Source of the DNA: Polyangiales bacterium
GTDB lineage: Bacteria; Myxococcota_A; Polyangia; Polyangiales; Ga0077539
DNA: 64,000 bases
Direction: 5' to 3'
NCBI GenBank assembly: GCA_044229975.1
Contig: JBGARZ010000002.1
Coordinates: 544,001-608,000, forward strand
The position numbers and the translations under genes were made by a program. Shown one piece after another: positions 30,611 to 40,464 of the stretch; positions within the stretch are counted from its first letter, which is position 1, and each line of letters begins with the position of its first letter. The notes beneath the pieces are model-generated. The model was not told the DNA's origin. It saw only the letters and a list, made by a program, of their open reading frames with translations, and made no database searches.

Positions 30611-33600
30611 TGGGTTCCTCGTCCAGGTCGAGTTGTCGCGGCAGGAGCGCCTCGGGAATCGCGTCGATGCCGAGGATCTCCACCAGGTGGGGATACCCGT
30701 CGACGAAGAGCTGTCGGTCGATCTCACGCAGGTCGACGAAGTCCGGTAGTTCCATCTCTTCAGGGTTCCAGATCTTGCAGCGGTCACCGGGCGCGCCGGA
30801 GACGCGCAGGATGGCGTTGACCGCGTGCCGCGCCGACTCGTTGGCCGCCTCCATGGTGGTGAGCCGCGTGAAGGTCTTCATGTACGTGCCGGCGAGCACC
30901 CAGCGCCCGTTCTGCATCGCGTAGCCCTTCGCCTGGTCCTGCGGGTCGATGCGCCCGGGTCGCAGCTTCCACTCACCGGGTCGGTTGATGAGGTAGGGCG
31001 AGAGGTTCTTGGCGATGCCCTGTCCATCACCCAGGTCGCGGAAGAAGATGATGCTCTCGTCGAGGTGGTAGCAGCTTGGCAGGAGGTTTCGCGCGCCGCC
31101 GACCAACACATCGAGGGCAGCCTCGCCGGAGGCGCCCTTGGGCTTCGCGCCGCGCGTGCCGAACCGCGGAGGAGACCGCTTGCCGAAGCCCAGCGGCATC
31201 TTGCCGAGGTTGCCGCCGACGCTGCCGTCGCTCGCGGCTTCGCTCGTCACGCGCCGCAGCCCCTGGGTGTCCACCGCGATGCTCTCGCGAACCTGCTCCC
31301 ACACCGTGTGGGCGATCTGGTCGGCGGTGCACTTCCACCCCTTCAACGAAGCGGTGGTGGAAGGCGCGTAGCCGGGCATCGTGCTCGGGATGGTGACGTC
31401 TGCCTCGCGGTGCAGCGCCCCGATGTCAACCGACACGATGCCCCGGTAACCGTAGACGCCCGTCGGACGTCGCCGCCAGAAGTGGGCCTGCGAGATGGAC
31501 GACAGCCGCCACGGCGCGTCCATGTAGAGGGTGTGCTCCTGCCCGAACTGGATGTTGTTGTCGAAGAGGTACTGCACCCCGGTGAGGTGACGCAGCGGCC
31601 CGAGCCCGACGTCACGCGGCGTCTTGGCCTTCGCGATCTCGGACTGCCATTCGATGAGCGCCGCGATGTCGGACGAGCTGCGCAGCGCCTTGAGGACGCG
31701 CTCCTGTTGCTGGATCTGTTCGGGCTTGAGTGTCGGCGTCGAGGCAAGGGCGACGGACTCCTTGAGCAACGCCTCGCGCTTCGCAACGCGCTCCCGCACG
31801 CCCTCCATGGCTCGCTCGAACTTGCGCGCGAGCCCGAAGCCCTCGTCGTCCTTCGCGTCCTCGACGCGCGTGTCCGGGACGAGCGGCGGAGCGGTGCCCT
31901 GAAGCGTCTGGTCAGACCGCCTCAGGTTGAACTCCGGGACGTCGAGCATCGCCGTCAGCGGCGTCGCGACGACGAAGTAGTGACTGCGTAGCTCGGTGTC
32001 GAAATTCTCCAGCGGCATCGGCTGACCGTCGATGAGCACCGTGGGCAGGAGCACGTCGGCCATGTGCAGCTCTGCGACGTCGCTCGGCGGCTGGAAACCC
32101 ACGAGCGACCCACGGAGGAACTTCACTCCCCGGTAGATCAGATAGTCGCGCCAGGGGTCGAACCACGCGACGGAGGTCGGGCCGTTGAGCGTCGCGTCGG
32201 TGATGGTGCGCCCGGCGAGCTGGTCGATGAGGAGCTGCGTCACGCAGTTGCCCTGGGTGCGCGTCTCGCTCTCGCTCGCGGTCATCGCGCCGAGCACCTC
32301 GGGGCCGAGCTCCATGTGCCTCCGGCACGTCTTGGTGAAGCGCTCGCCCTCGATGAAGTCCCACCAGGTGAGGTCTTCGAACTCCGCCGCCCGCCGCTCG
32401 GTCGACGAGGTCATGTACTGGAAGAGCTTGGTGCTGATGCGGGAGACGTCCTGCGCGCTGTACCCGAGCTCGCGCACGAAGCTCTCCAGCAGCTTCAGCG
32501 TCTGCTGGATCGACCGCGGCGGCCGACGCGGGAAGCTCACGAGCCGCTGCCGGGTGGCCTTGCCGTCGCCGCTCGCCGCGATGGGCTCGGGCGCATCGTC
32601 GTCGTCGTCCTCGCGCGGCTCGTCCTCGCCCTCGTCGCGACCGCTCGGGGCAGCCTTCGGCGCCGGGGCGGCCTCCTTGTCGTCGCCGTCCTTGTCGGTC
32701 GACACCGCAAGCCACGTGGCCTCGGTCGACACCAGGTTGTCGAACACGGTTCGCACCGCCGGGCCGAAGCGATCGACGCCGGGCTGGAGAATCGGCGTAC
32801 GGCGCATCGTATCGAAGAGGTGTCGATAGAAGCCCGGGAAGTATCGGAAGCCGTGCTCACCCGGCACGACGCCCCGACCCTTCACTCGCACCTCGACGCG
32901 GAAGGTCTCCAGCGTCTCGACCCAGAGGATGTCTTCCTCCCGTGTTGCGTCGGCCCACCTGGCGTAGGCGTCCTCGGCTGCGTCCTTCCCACGCAGTTGG
33001 CGCTCCTCACCGATGGCAACGTTGAGCCGTCGCTTGATCTCATCGCGCACGTCCTCCGCGTCCTTGCGGATGCTCGCAGCGGCGCCCGCGGTATCGGCAA
33101 GGTCCGAGTGCTTCATCGGCCCTAGGAGCACAACCGACAGCGCCTGATAGCCGGCACCCCGCGTCGCTTCGCCCACGCGCCGGACAAAGCCCGTGAGCTC
33201 GGCGACGATCGGCTCCCACAACTGCGGGACGGCTTCCGTCGAGGTGGGGCTCACCTTCGCGATCTCTTCGACCGTGAACTCGAACGACGGGTGGCGCACG
33301 AATGGCAGCGCCCGCGCGATGCGCCCCTCGTCCTCCGGTGGCGTGGGCTTCGGCTTGCCCGCCTGCTTCGCCTCCTCCGCCGCCCGCGCCTCGCCCGCCT
33401 TCCGCGCGTCGGCCCTCTCCCGCGCCTCCCGCTCGGTCTCGCCGGTCGGGATGTACGCCCACTGCGTGCGCGCCAATCCCCCCACCGCAGGCAGGTCGTC
33501 GTCCCAGGAGTCCTCCGCGGGCTCGACCAGGTACACCTCGTACCCGCGCTCGATGCACTCGTGCGCGACCGACAAGCCAGTGATGCCGCCGCCGAAGACC

Positions 33601-33641
33601 CAGACCACCGAGGTCGAGTTCCGTCTCGTCTCTTCGCTCAT
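30588..33641 (-). CDS. FAD-dependent oxidoreductase (phytoene desaturase/HpnE-like superfamily) with large insertions, 1017 aa
   Basis: VFGGGITGLSVAHE Rossmann motif, VGGLAR, PGEHGFRYFPGFY, LNGPTS..WFDPW, LAGTY...TMEAANESAR. Confidence 0.85.
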   Translation of the reverse strand: MSEETRRNSTSVVWVFGGGITGLSVAHECIERGYEVYLVEPAEDSWDDDLPAVGGLARTQWAYIPTGETEREARERADARKAGEARAAEEAKQAGKPKPTPPEDEGRIARALPFVRHPSFEFTVEEIAKVSPTSTEAVPQLWEPIVAELTGFVRRVGEATRGAGYQALSVVLLGPMKHSDLADTAGAAASIRKDAEDVRDEIKRRLNVAIGEERQLRGKDAAEDAYARWADATREEDILWVETLETFRVEVRVKGRGVVPGEHGFRYFPGFYRHLFDTMRRTPILQPGVDRFGPAVRTVFDNLVSTEATWLAVSTDKDGDDKEAAPAPKAAPSGRDEGEDEPREDDDDDAPEPIAASGDGKATRQRLVSFPRRPPRSIQQTLKLLESFVRELGYSAQDVSRISTKLFQYMTSSTERRAAEFEDLTWWDFIEGERFTKTCRRHMELGPEVLGAMTASESETRTQGNCVTQLLIDQLAGRTITDATLNGPTSVAWFDPWRDYLIYRGVKFLRGSLVGFQPPSDVAELHMADVLLPTVLIDGQPMPLENFDTELRSHYFVVATPLTAMLDVPEFNLRRSDQTLQGTAPPLVPDTRVEDAKDDEGFGLARKFERAMEGVRERVAKREALLKESVALASTPTLKPEQIQQQERVLKALRSSSDIAALIEWQSEIAKAKTPRDVGLGPLRHLTGVQYLFDNNIQFGQEHTLYMDAPWRLSSISQAHFWRRRPTGVYGYRGIVSVDIGALHREADVTIPSTMPGYAPSTTASLKGWKCTADQIAHTVWEQVRESIAVDTQGLRRVTSEAASDGSVGGNLGKMPLGFGKRSPPRFGTRGAKPKGASGEAALDVLVGGARNLLPSCYHLDESIIFFRDLGDGQGIAKNLSPYLINRPGEWKLRPGRIDPQDQAKGYAMQNGRWVLAGTYMKTFTRLTTMEAANESARHAVNAILRVSGAPGDRCKIWNPEEMELPDFVDLREIDRQLFVDGYPHLVEILGIDAIPEALLPRQLDLDEEPNGHRRPD

Positions 33642-34078
33642 CGCCCCGCTGCCTCCCTTTCCGCGCTCGTAGATACAACGTCCCCGCGAAACGCGTCCAT
33701 CATCCAAGGAAACGAAGGGCTCCGAACCGCCCCGCGCAGAAACTCCAGCAGCCCGTCGTGGAAGGCCGCGAGGTCGGCCACGCGCCCGCGCAGCACCGTC
33801 TGCCCGAGCACCACGGACGTGACGAGCGAGCGCTCGGCATCGACCAACGCGACGATCTCGCGCCGCGTCGTGGTCAGCGTCACCGCGGGTGCGACGGGCT
33901 CGTCTCGCAGCCACACCCGCGCGCCGTCGCTCTGCACCGCGGTCACCTCGCCGTCGACGGTGATGGTCACCTCGCGCACCCCGAGCGCCGCCGCCATGCG
34001 CGCGTGCGCCCACGGCAGTTCTGCCAGGAGCGTGCGCAGTCCACGGTCGACCCACTCCCGAAACGGCGCCCTCGTCAT
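33638..34078 (-). CDS. SCP2 sterol/lipid-binding-like protein
   Basis: 146 aa; pattern VTLTTTRREIVALVDAERSLVTSVVLGQTVLRG resembles the SCP2 C-terminal half. Confidence 0.55.
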   Translation of the reverse strand: MTRAPFREWVDRGLRTLLAELPWAHARMAAALGVREVTITVDGEVTAVQSDGARVWLRDEPVAPAVTLTTTRREIVALVDAERSLVTSVVLGQTVLRGRVADLAAFHDGLLEFLRGAVRSPSFPWMMDAFRGDVVSTSAEREAAGR

Positions 34079-34086
34079 CGCCCCGC

Positions 34087-35133
34087 CTACGCCCCCAGGA
34101 ACTCGAAGATCGCCCGGCCCCGCATCGCCACGTGCTCGCCCCGCACGCGCCCCTGCACGGTGACATCGCCGCTCACCTCGTGGATGACCGTCACGCCCGG
34201 GTCGTGGTCGTTGGGGATCACCACGGCCGCGACGTCCTCGGCGTCGAAGCGGAAGGTCACCTCATCGCCGTCTCCGCGCGCGGTCACCACCAGCGACTTC
34301 GGAACGTCGGTGACCGTCCCTGGCGTCACGAGCGCCATCGCCCGCGGCAGCTTGAAGACCCTCGACGCGCGCAGAAACCCGACGCGCTCCACGGTCACGT
34401 CCGCCGCCCGCATCACGCGATGCTGGAAGAGCCCGCGCCAGAGGAAGAGCGCCTGCATGTACGCCCGCGTATGGGCGCGATCGCTCAGCCGCACGAACAC
34501 CATGCTCCACGGGTTGTCCTCGCACGCCTCGGGCAGTCCGTAGCCCCACTCCCACGCGAAGTCCCTGCCCCACGCGAAGTGCCCCCAGTTGTGGTCGTGG
34601 TAGGCCCGCGCCCGGTCGATGCGCGTGACCCTCTCCCCGATGCGCACCTCGCCGCTCGCCACCATGCGCGGCAGCACCATCCAGTTGATGGGCGGCCCCG
34701 GGTCGAGGACGATGTTGTGCGCGAGCGAGGGCACACACCCCGGCTCCAGCCGCAGCGAGATGGCGATGGGGCGGTGGCGCAGCTTCACCTCGATGACGTA
34801 GCGGTCGTCCTCGAAGGCCACGCGGTTGCCGCCGAAGCCCATGTGCAGTCCACCGCCCGCGACCTCCACCTCCGCGGGCTCGAACAGCTCCACGTCGCCG
34901 TCCCACGTGTGGTCGCGCACGAGCACCACCACCCGCGCAAACTCCTGGCCTCCCGGCGCTCCGTCGCGCACGTCGTCGACGAGGCTGAAGTTGACCAGCA
35001 CGTCGAGGCCCGGGGCATACACGCAGAAGTGCCACCACTCCTTGTGACCCGAGGCGCCGCCTTGCGCGAAGGGCGAGCGACGCAGCCAGTCGGCGTCGGC
35101 GACCGCCTTCGACAGCAGCTTCAACGCAGCCAC
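34087..35133 (-). CDS. CrtC/AttH/tocopherol-cyclase-like beta-rich protein
   Basis: KEWWHF near the N-terminus, YHDHNWG..., WEWG. Confidence 0.7.
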   Translation of the reverse strand: MAALKLLSKAVADADWLRRSPFAQGGASGHKEWWHFCVYAPGLDVLVNFSLVDDVRDGAPGGQEFARVVVLVRDHTWDGDVELFEPAEVEVAGGGLHMGFGGNRVAFEDDRYVIEVKLRHRPIAISLRLEPGCVPSLAHNIVLDPGPPINWMVLPRMVASGEVRIGERVTRIDRARAYHDHNWGHFAWGRDFAWEWGYGLPEACEDNPWSMVFVRLSDRAHTRAYMQALFLWRGLFQHRVMRAADVTVERVGFLRASRVFKLPRAMALVTPGTVTDVPKSLVVTARGDGDEVTFRFDAEDVAAVVIPNDHDPGVTVIHEVSGDVTVQGRVRGEHVAMRGRAIFEFLGA

Positions 35134-35438
35134 TCGGAGGTGCGGGCCCGCGACGTGACCGGCCCCGCCGGAGTGTCGGTGCGGGGGCGAGCGATGGCCT
35201 CCCCGAGGATTCGGCGCAGCGTGGCGCGCAACGAGGCGAGGCCCAGGACGAAGGCGATGAGCTCGGCGTCGCGCGGGCCGGGTTCGCTCGTCGATGGCGT
35301 CGCGTCGCGCGGGGCGAAGGCGTCGACGAGCGCGTCGAAGCGACGACCGTAGGACTCCAGACCCAGCAGGAGATGGAGCCAGGCGTTGCGGGTCACGAAC
35401 TCGTCGCCGTGGTGCTGGGTCTCGGTCGCGCGGTTCAC
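35121..35438 (-). CDS. Hypothetical protein (105 aa)
   Basis: GTG start overlapping the upstream stop (GTGA); fills the operon gap. Confidence 0.55.
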   Translation of the reverse strand: MNRATETQHHGDEFVTRNAWLHLLLGLESYGRRFDALVDAFAPRDATPSTSEPGPRDAELIAFVLGLASLRATLRRILGEAIARPRTDTPAGPVTSRARTSEWLR

Positions 35439-35821
35439 GTCGCGTCGTCGTCGGGGTGGAGGCGGAAGAGGCGGGTCAGCATCGGTTCGAGGTCGGGCAC
35501 CGTGGCCGCCTTCGCGAGGGCGTCCATCAGCCTCGACGGGAGCGCCGTGGTGGGCTTCTCTTCCAGCACGTTGAGCGTGCCGACCTCCCACACGACACGC
35601 CCGCGCCGGATGAGCTCGGAGCCCGCGAGGCGGTCGCGGAGCGCGGCTCCGTCGGGCGTCTCCGCGAAGGCGCGACCCTCGGAGACCATCGCGGCGAAGA
35701 GGGCCTGCGCCGAGACCGGGTACCGCAGGATGAGCTGCTGGGCCTGACGCAACGCCGCGAAGAGGCCGTCCTCCTCGTGCACCTCGAACTCGATCACCTC
35801 GTCGGGGTCGGACGCAGACAC
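35435..35821 (-). CDS. Hypothetical protein (128 aa)
   Basis: Protein-like sequence (LILRYPVSAQALFAAMVSEGRAFAETPDG); coupled to its neighbours. Confidence 0.75.
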   Translation of the reverse strand: MSASDPDEVIEFEVHEEDGLFAALRQAQQLILRYPVSAQALFAAMVSEGRAFAETPDGAALRDRLAGSELIRRGRVVWEVGTLNVLEEKPTTALPSRLMDALAKAATVPDLEPMLTRLFRLHPDDDAT

Positions 35822-35825
35822 CGGG

Positions 35826-36629
35826 TCAGCCGTCGAGGTCGAAGCGCAGCGCGACGCGGATCACCTTGCCGACCTCGCCGTTGCGCGTGGGCAGGCGATA
35901 CTCCCCCGTCGCCTCGGCCTGCGGATTCATGAGGGCGAGGGTCTCGGGCTTCCACGAGATGCGAAGCCGCAGCGGCAGCACTCCGCCTGGCGGGACCTTC
36001 ACCGGCTCGCGCAGCACCTCGACCCGCAGGAGGTCCTTGTCCACGCCGGGGCTCCCCGACCAGTCCATCTTGATGGTCTCGATCGCGAAGCGCTGCGTCG
36101 GCTCGGTCTCGCTCGGGGGTGGCAGCTCGGGCTTCGGCCATGCCTCGCGGGTGAGGTTCTTCGCGCGAAACTGCCGGATGACCTCGCAGCGGTCGGTGAG
36201 CGGCTTGTCCTCCGGGCGCTCCTTCCGGTCGGCCTCGACGGCCTTCACCGGAATGGTGAGCGACAGCACCTCGCCGCGGTTGCCCCGCACCGGAAACCCG
36301 AGGAGGTCACCGACGCGCTCCTCCAGGCGACCCATGTGGCGGCCGCGCATGTCGATGAGCGAGTCGAGGGTTCGCACCTGGAGGCGCGCGATGTCGAAGA
36401 AGAGGTCGCCCGCGCGTCGGAGGTCATCGAGCTTGGGGAGCAGTGACGTGACCCGGAGCTTGCGCTCGGACGACCCGCTGCCCGGCACCTCGTCGAGCGC
36501 ATCGGCCGCGCGCCGCACCGCCTCCTTCCCGTCGTGGATTCCCTTGAGGATATCCACCGCGGTCACGATGGACCGGCTCTTCACGGCGTTGAGAAACTCC
36601 GCCTGGGGATTGAGGTTCGTCGCGCTCAC
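35826..36629 (-). CDS. Hypothetical protein (267 aa), first gene of the operon
   Basis: GTG start with AGGGA upstream; helical N-half, beta-rich C-half. Confidence 0.65.
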   Translation of the reverse strand: MSATNLNPQAEFLNAVKSRSIVTAVDILKGIHDGKEAVRRAADALDEVPGSGSSERKLRVTSLLPKLDDLRRAGDLFFDIARLQVRTLDSLIDMRGRHMGRLEERVGDLLGFPVRGNRGEVLSLTIPVKAVEADRKERPEDKPLTDRCEVIRQFRAKNLTREAWPKPELPPPSETEPTQRFAIETIKMDWSGSPGVDKDLLRVEVLREPVKVPPGGVLPLRLRISWKPETLALMNPQAEATGEYRLPTRNGEVGKVIRVALRFDLDG

Positions 36630-36728
36630 TGGTGGTCCCTTCCCTGGAGAGCCTGGAGATGTATCCCAGCGCACCGTGGCTGAGAAGCCCCGCGCGCACG
36701 ACCCTGGGAGTGTGGTACGCGACCCGCC

Positions 36729-39700
36729 ATGCGTGTGCCCAGACCAGGCTTGTTCGTCGTCACGGCCGCACTGGCCGCCACCCTCTTCACCCCGTCGGCG
36801 CGGGCCGTGTGGCCCCCGACGGCCGACATGACCGCGGACGACCTCTCGCGCCCCGAGAACTGGCCCAACGATCCGGGCTACGCCTACAACAGCCGCGGGG
36901 ATGGCCAGTGGCAGTGGTGGAGCTGGGTGCCGCAGGTCACCCGCATGGTCGCCAACTTCCGCGTCCAGGAGATCGCGATGGGCGCGGGCAACAACGTCGA
37001 CCGCGCGTGGGGCATCTCCATCGGCGACCCGCGGGTGCTCATCGCGGTGCTCGACTCGGGCATCAACTGGGACAGCGACGACCTCGTCAACAAGGTCGCC
37101 CTCAACACCGCCGAGCTCCCGATGCCGATGGGCGCCACCAGCCATGACGCCAACGGCGACGGCGTGGTCAGCCCGGCCGACTACCTCAACGACACGCGCA
37201 TCACCTGTGGCGTCGCGGGCATGCCCCGCAACCAGTTCTCGTGCCGCGGCTCCGACGGGATGCCCAACGACCCCAACGCCAACGGCATCCTCGATGGCGG
37301 CGACCTCATCCGGGTGTTTTCCGACAGCACCGATGCGGACAACAACGGCTACGTCGACGACATCGCCGGCTGGGACTTCATGCATGACGACAACGACCCG
37401 GCGGACGACACCCGCTTCGGTCACGGCACCGGCGAGGCCCGCGACTCCACCGCCGAGGGCAACAACATGCGCGGCGGCATCGGCGCCTGTCCGCGCTGCC
37501 GCTTCATTCCGACCCGGGTCGGCGACAGCTTCATCACGGACGTCCAGGACTTCGGCCAGGCCGTCGTGTACGCCGTCGACCGCGGCGCCAGCGTGGTGCA
37601 GGAGGCCCTCGGCACGCTCAACAACTCCCGCTTCTCACAGGCCGCCGTCGACTACGCGTACCGCAACAACGTGGTCGTGATGGCCAGCGCGGCGGACGAG
37701 AACTCGCGCCACCACAACATGCCGGGCACGCAGAACCACACCGTCTACGTGCACGCGGTGACCTTCGACTCGGCCAACATCAACGCCGCGACGACCTTCA
37801 TCAACTTCAACAACTGCACCAACTACGGCGCGCAGCTGGTGCTGTCGGTGGGCGGCGAGGGCTGCTCGTCGGCCGCCACGGGCTACTCGTCCGGCATGGC
37901 CGGGCTCATCTACTCCGCGGCGCTGGAGCGCAACCTCACCCCGGCCCTCTCGGCCGAAGAGGTCAAGCAGCTGCTCATCACCACCGCGGACGACATCAAC
38001 GTCCCGGAGAGCCAGCCCACGCACCCGATGTGGGACCGCACCAAGTACCCCACGGGCCCCGGCTGGGACCAGCGCTCGGGCTACGGCCGCACCAACGCCC
38101 GCCGGGCGCTGGAGCGCGTGCGCGCCGGACAGATTCCTCCCGAGGTCGACATCGTGTCGCCGCGGTGGTTCACGGTGTTCGACCCCGACCGCGCGCCGCA
38201 GCAGACGCTGCGCATCGAGGGCCGCATCGCCGCCCGCCGCGCGCCGCGCTTCGACTACACCATCGAGTACGCCACCGGGATCGAGCCCGCCGACACCGCC
38301 TGGGTCATGGTGCGCCGCGAGACCAACGTCACCGCCGCCGTCACCAACACCCTCGGTGAGATCGACCTCCGCACGCTCACCATCAACAACCCCGGTGAGA
38401 TCGAGAACCGCTACACCCTCACCGTCCGCATCCGCGTGACGGCCCACTACGACTCGCCCATCGGCGACGTGACGGGCGAGACGCGACGGGCGTTCTATGT
38501 GCACCGCGACCCGACGGTGCTCCCGGGCTTCCCCATCGACCTCGCGTCGGGCGGCGAGAGCTCTCCGCACCTCGTCGACCTCAACGGCGACGGCTCGCGC
38601 GAGATCATCTTCGCCACCGCCGACGGCGACGTGCACGCCTTCGGCGGCAACGGCGTCGACATCGCCGGCTGGCCCGCCCACACCGGCCGCGTGCAGGGCT
38701 ACGACCCCGCGCGCATGCCCAACTACCTCGGCGCGCGCGCGTTCCAGCCGGTCGCCGGCGGCCCGGCGCCGCTCGATGCGTCGCTCATCCGCGAGTCCAT
38801 CCTCGCCACGCCCGCCATCGCCGACCTCGACGGCGACATGCGCCCCGAGGTCATCGTCGGTACCTACGCCGGGACCATCCACGTCTTCCGCGCGGACGGC
38901 ACCGCCTACGGCCACGGCTTCCCGTACACCCTGCCCGACGTGCCGAGCTCGGCCACCTCGCCGGAGCGCATCCAGGCGCGCGGCATGTTCGGCGACCCGG
39001 TGATCGCCGACCTCAACAACGACATGCGCCCGGAGATCATCTTCGGCGCCTTCGACGGCAAGGTCTATGCGCTCGACGCGATGACCGGCGCCGTGCGCCC
39101 GGGCTTCCCGGTGGTGATCCACTTCCCCGAGGAGGGAACCAACTTCAACCGCGTCTTCGGCAGCGTCGGCATCGGCGACATGGACGGCGACGACCGCCCC
39201 GACATCGTCTCGGTGTCGAGCGAGGGCCTCCGCGGCGACAACAACCAGGGCGCGGTCTACGTCATCTACGGCGACGGCAACCTGCACGCGGGCGGACCCT
39301 TCCACCCCAACTGGCCGATCCCGTACCTGTCGTTCAACTTCTTCCCGCTCATTGGTGAGGGTGTCTCTTCGTCGCCCGCCATCGCCGACCTCGACAACGA
39401 CGGTCGTGATGAGCTCGCGCTCGTCGGCACCGGCAACGGCGTCATCACCCTCGCCCGCGGCGTCCAGCCTCCGCACGTCGCCCGCCCGGCGCCGCAGACC
39501 CTCGCGCAGGGCGTCTCGATCCGCAGCGCGATGCGCGGCCGCCTCACCAACGTCAACGGGTCGCTCGTGTCGTTCATCCCGGCGTTCTCGCTCGGAACCT
39601 TCGGCGACATGACCAACGACGGCGTGCCCGACTTCATCATCACGGGTGCGAGCCTCAACCTCGCGATCAACCTCGCGGGCGGCGGTCGCGCCTTCCCCAT

Positions 39701-40385
39701 CGACCACCTCGCCGGTGGCTTCGATGGCACCACGGGCAACGCCCTCCCCGGCTTCCCGCGGCTCCTCGAGGACTACACGTTCTTCTACAATCCCTCGATG
39801 GCGGACGTCGGCGGCGACGCCTACCCCGAGGCGCTCATCGGCACCGGCGGCTACTACCTCCACGGCTTCGACGGCTGCGGCCGCGAGCCCGACGCGTGGC
39901 CGAAGTTCACCGGCCAGTGGATCATCGCCAACCCCGCCGTCGGCAACATCCGTGCTGAAGGCCGAAACGACGTCGTCGCGGGCACACGCTCGGGCTTCCT
40001 CTGGGCGTGGAGCACCACGACGCAGGCCGCCACCGCCAGCGTGCAGTGGCCCTCGCACCGCCACGACCCGGCCAACACCGGCAACTGGGGCACCGCGCTC
40101 AACCAGGGCGTGCGCCGCGTTCCGGGGCTCGGTCCCCTCGACTGCCCGCTGCCCCCGATCGAAGACGCCGGGACTCCCACCGAAGACGTGGGCACCGTCG
40201 TCGCCGACGCGGGCACGGTCACCACCGACGCCGGGACGCCCGCCGCCGACGCTGCGACCACCACCCCGCCGACCATCGAAGGGGACGGCTGCGGATGCCG
40301 CACCAGCCCCACGGGCACGCCCCGCGCGGGCCTGATCGCCCTCGGTCTCGCGATGCTCGCCGTGCGCCGTCGCCGCCGCGGCTGA
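36729..40385 (+). CDS. Secreted S8-family serine peptidase with FG-GAP/VCBS repeats and MYXO-CTERM (paralogue 1)
   Basis: IAVLDSG, DNNGYVDDIAGWDF, GHGT, GYGR, DLNGDG repeats, GCGC-TM-RRRRR. Confidence 0.88.
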   Translation: MRVPRPGLFVVTAALAATLFTPSARAVWPPTADMTADDLSRPENWPNDPGYAYNSRGDGQWQWWSWVPQVTRMVANFRVQEIAMGAGNNVDRAWGISIGDPRVLIAVLDSGINWDSDDLVNKVALNTAELPMPMGATSHDANGDGVVSPADYLNDTRITCGVAGMPRNQFSCRGSDGMPNDPNANGILDGGDLIRVFSDSTDADNNGYVDDIAGWDFMHDDNDPADDTRFGHGTGEARDSTAEGNNMRGGIGACPRCRFIPTRVGDSFITDVQDFGQAVVYAVDRGASVVQEALGTLNNSRFSQAAVDYAYRNNVVVMASAADENSRHHNMPGTQNHTVYVHAVTFDSANINAATTFINFNNCTNYGAQLVLSVGGEGCSSAATGYSSGMAGLIYSAALERNLTPALSAEEVKQLLITTADDINVPESQPTHPMWDRTKYPTGPGWDQRSGYGRTNARRALERVRAGQIPPEVDIVSPRWFTVFDPDRAPQQTLRIEGRIAARRAPRFDYTIEYATGIEPADTAWVMVRRETNVTAAVTNTLGEIDLRTLTINNPGEIENRYTLTVRIRVTAHYDSPIGDVTGETRRAFYVHRDPTVLPGFPIDLASGGESSPHLVDLNGDGSREIIFATADGDVHAFGGNGVDIAGWPAHTGRVQGYDPARMPNYLGARAFQPVAGGPAPLDASLIRESILATPAIADLDGDMRPEVIVGTYAGTIHVFRADGTAYGHGFPYTLPDVPSSATSPERIQARGMFGDPVIADLNNDMRPEIIFGAFDGKVYALDAMTGAVRPGFPVVIHFPEEGTNFNRVFGSVGIGDMDGDDRPDIVSVSSEGLRGDNNQGAVYVIYGDGNLHAGGPFHPNWPIPYLSFNFFPLIGEGVSSSPAIADLDNDGRDELALVGTGNGVITLARGVQPPHVARPAPQTLAQGVSIRSAMRGRLTNVNGSLVSFIPAFSLGTFGDMTNDGVPDFIITGASLNLAINLAGGGRAFPIDHLAGGFDGTTGNALPGFPRLLEDYTFFYNPSMADVGGDAYPEALIGTGGYYLHGFDGCGREPDAWPKFTGQWIIANPAVGNIRAEGRNDVVAGTRSGFLWAWSTTTQAATASVQWPSHRHDPANTGNWGTALNQGVRRVPGLGPLDCPLPPIEDAGTPTEDVGTVVADAGTVTTDAGTPAADAATTTPPTIEGDGCGCRTSPTGTPRAGLIALGLAMLAVRRRRRG

Positions 40386-40464
40386 TCGCCTCGTCTCCCT
40401 CCTACCGACTCTCGTTCAACTCCCCCTCGCGCCTCGCGCAAACCTTCCGGTAGCATCCGCCGCG

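Noticed and set aside
36643..36659. Direct repeat CCTGGAGA x2 in the divergent promoter region
   Set aside because: Too short, with 9-nt spacing, to support a regulatory call
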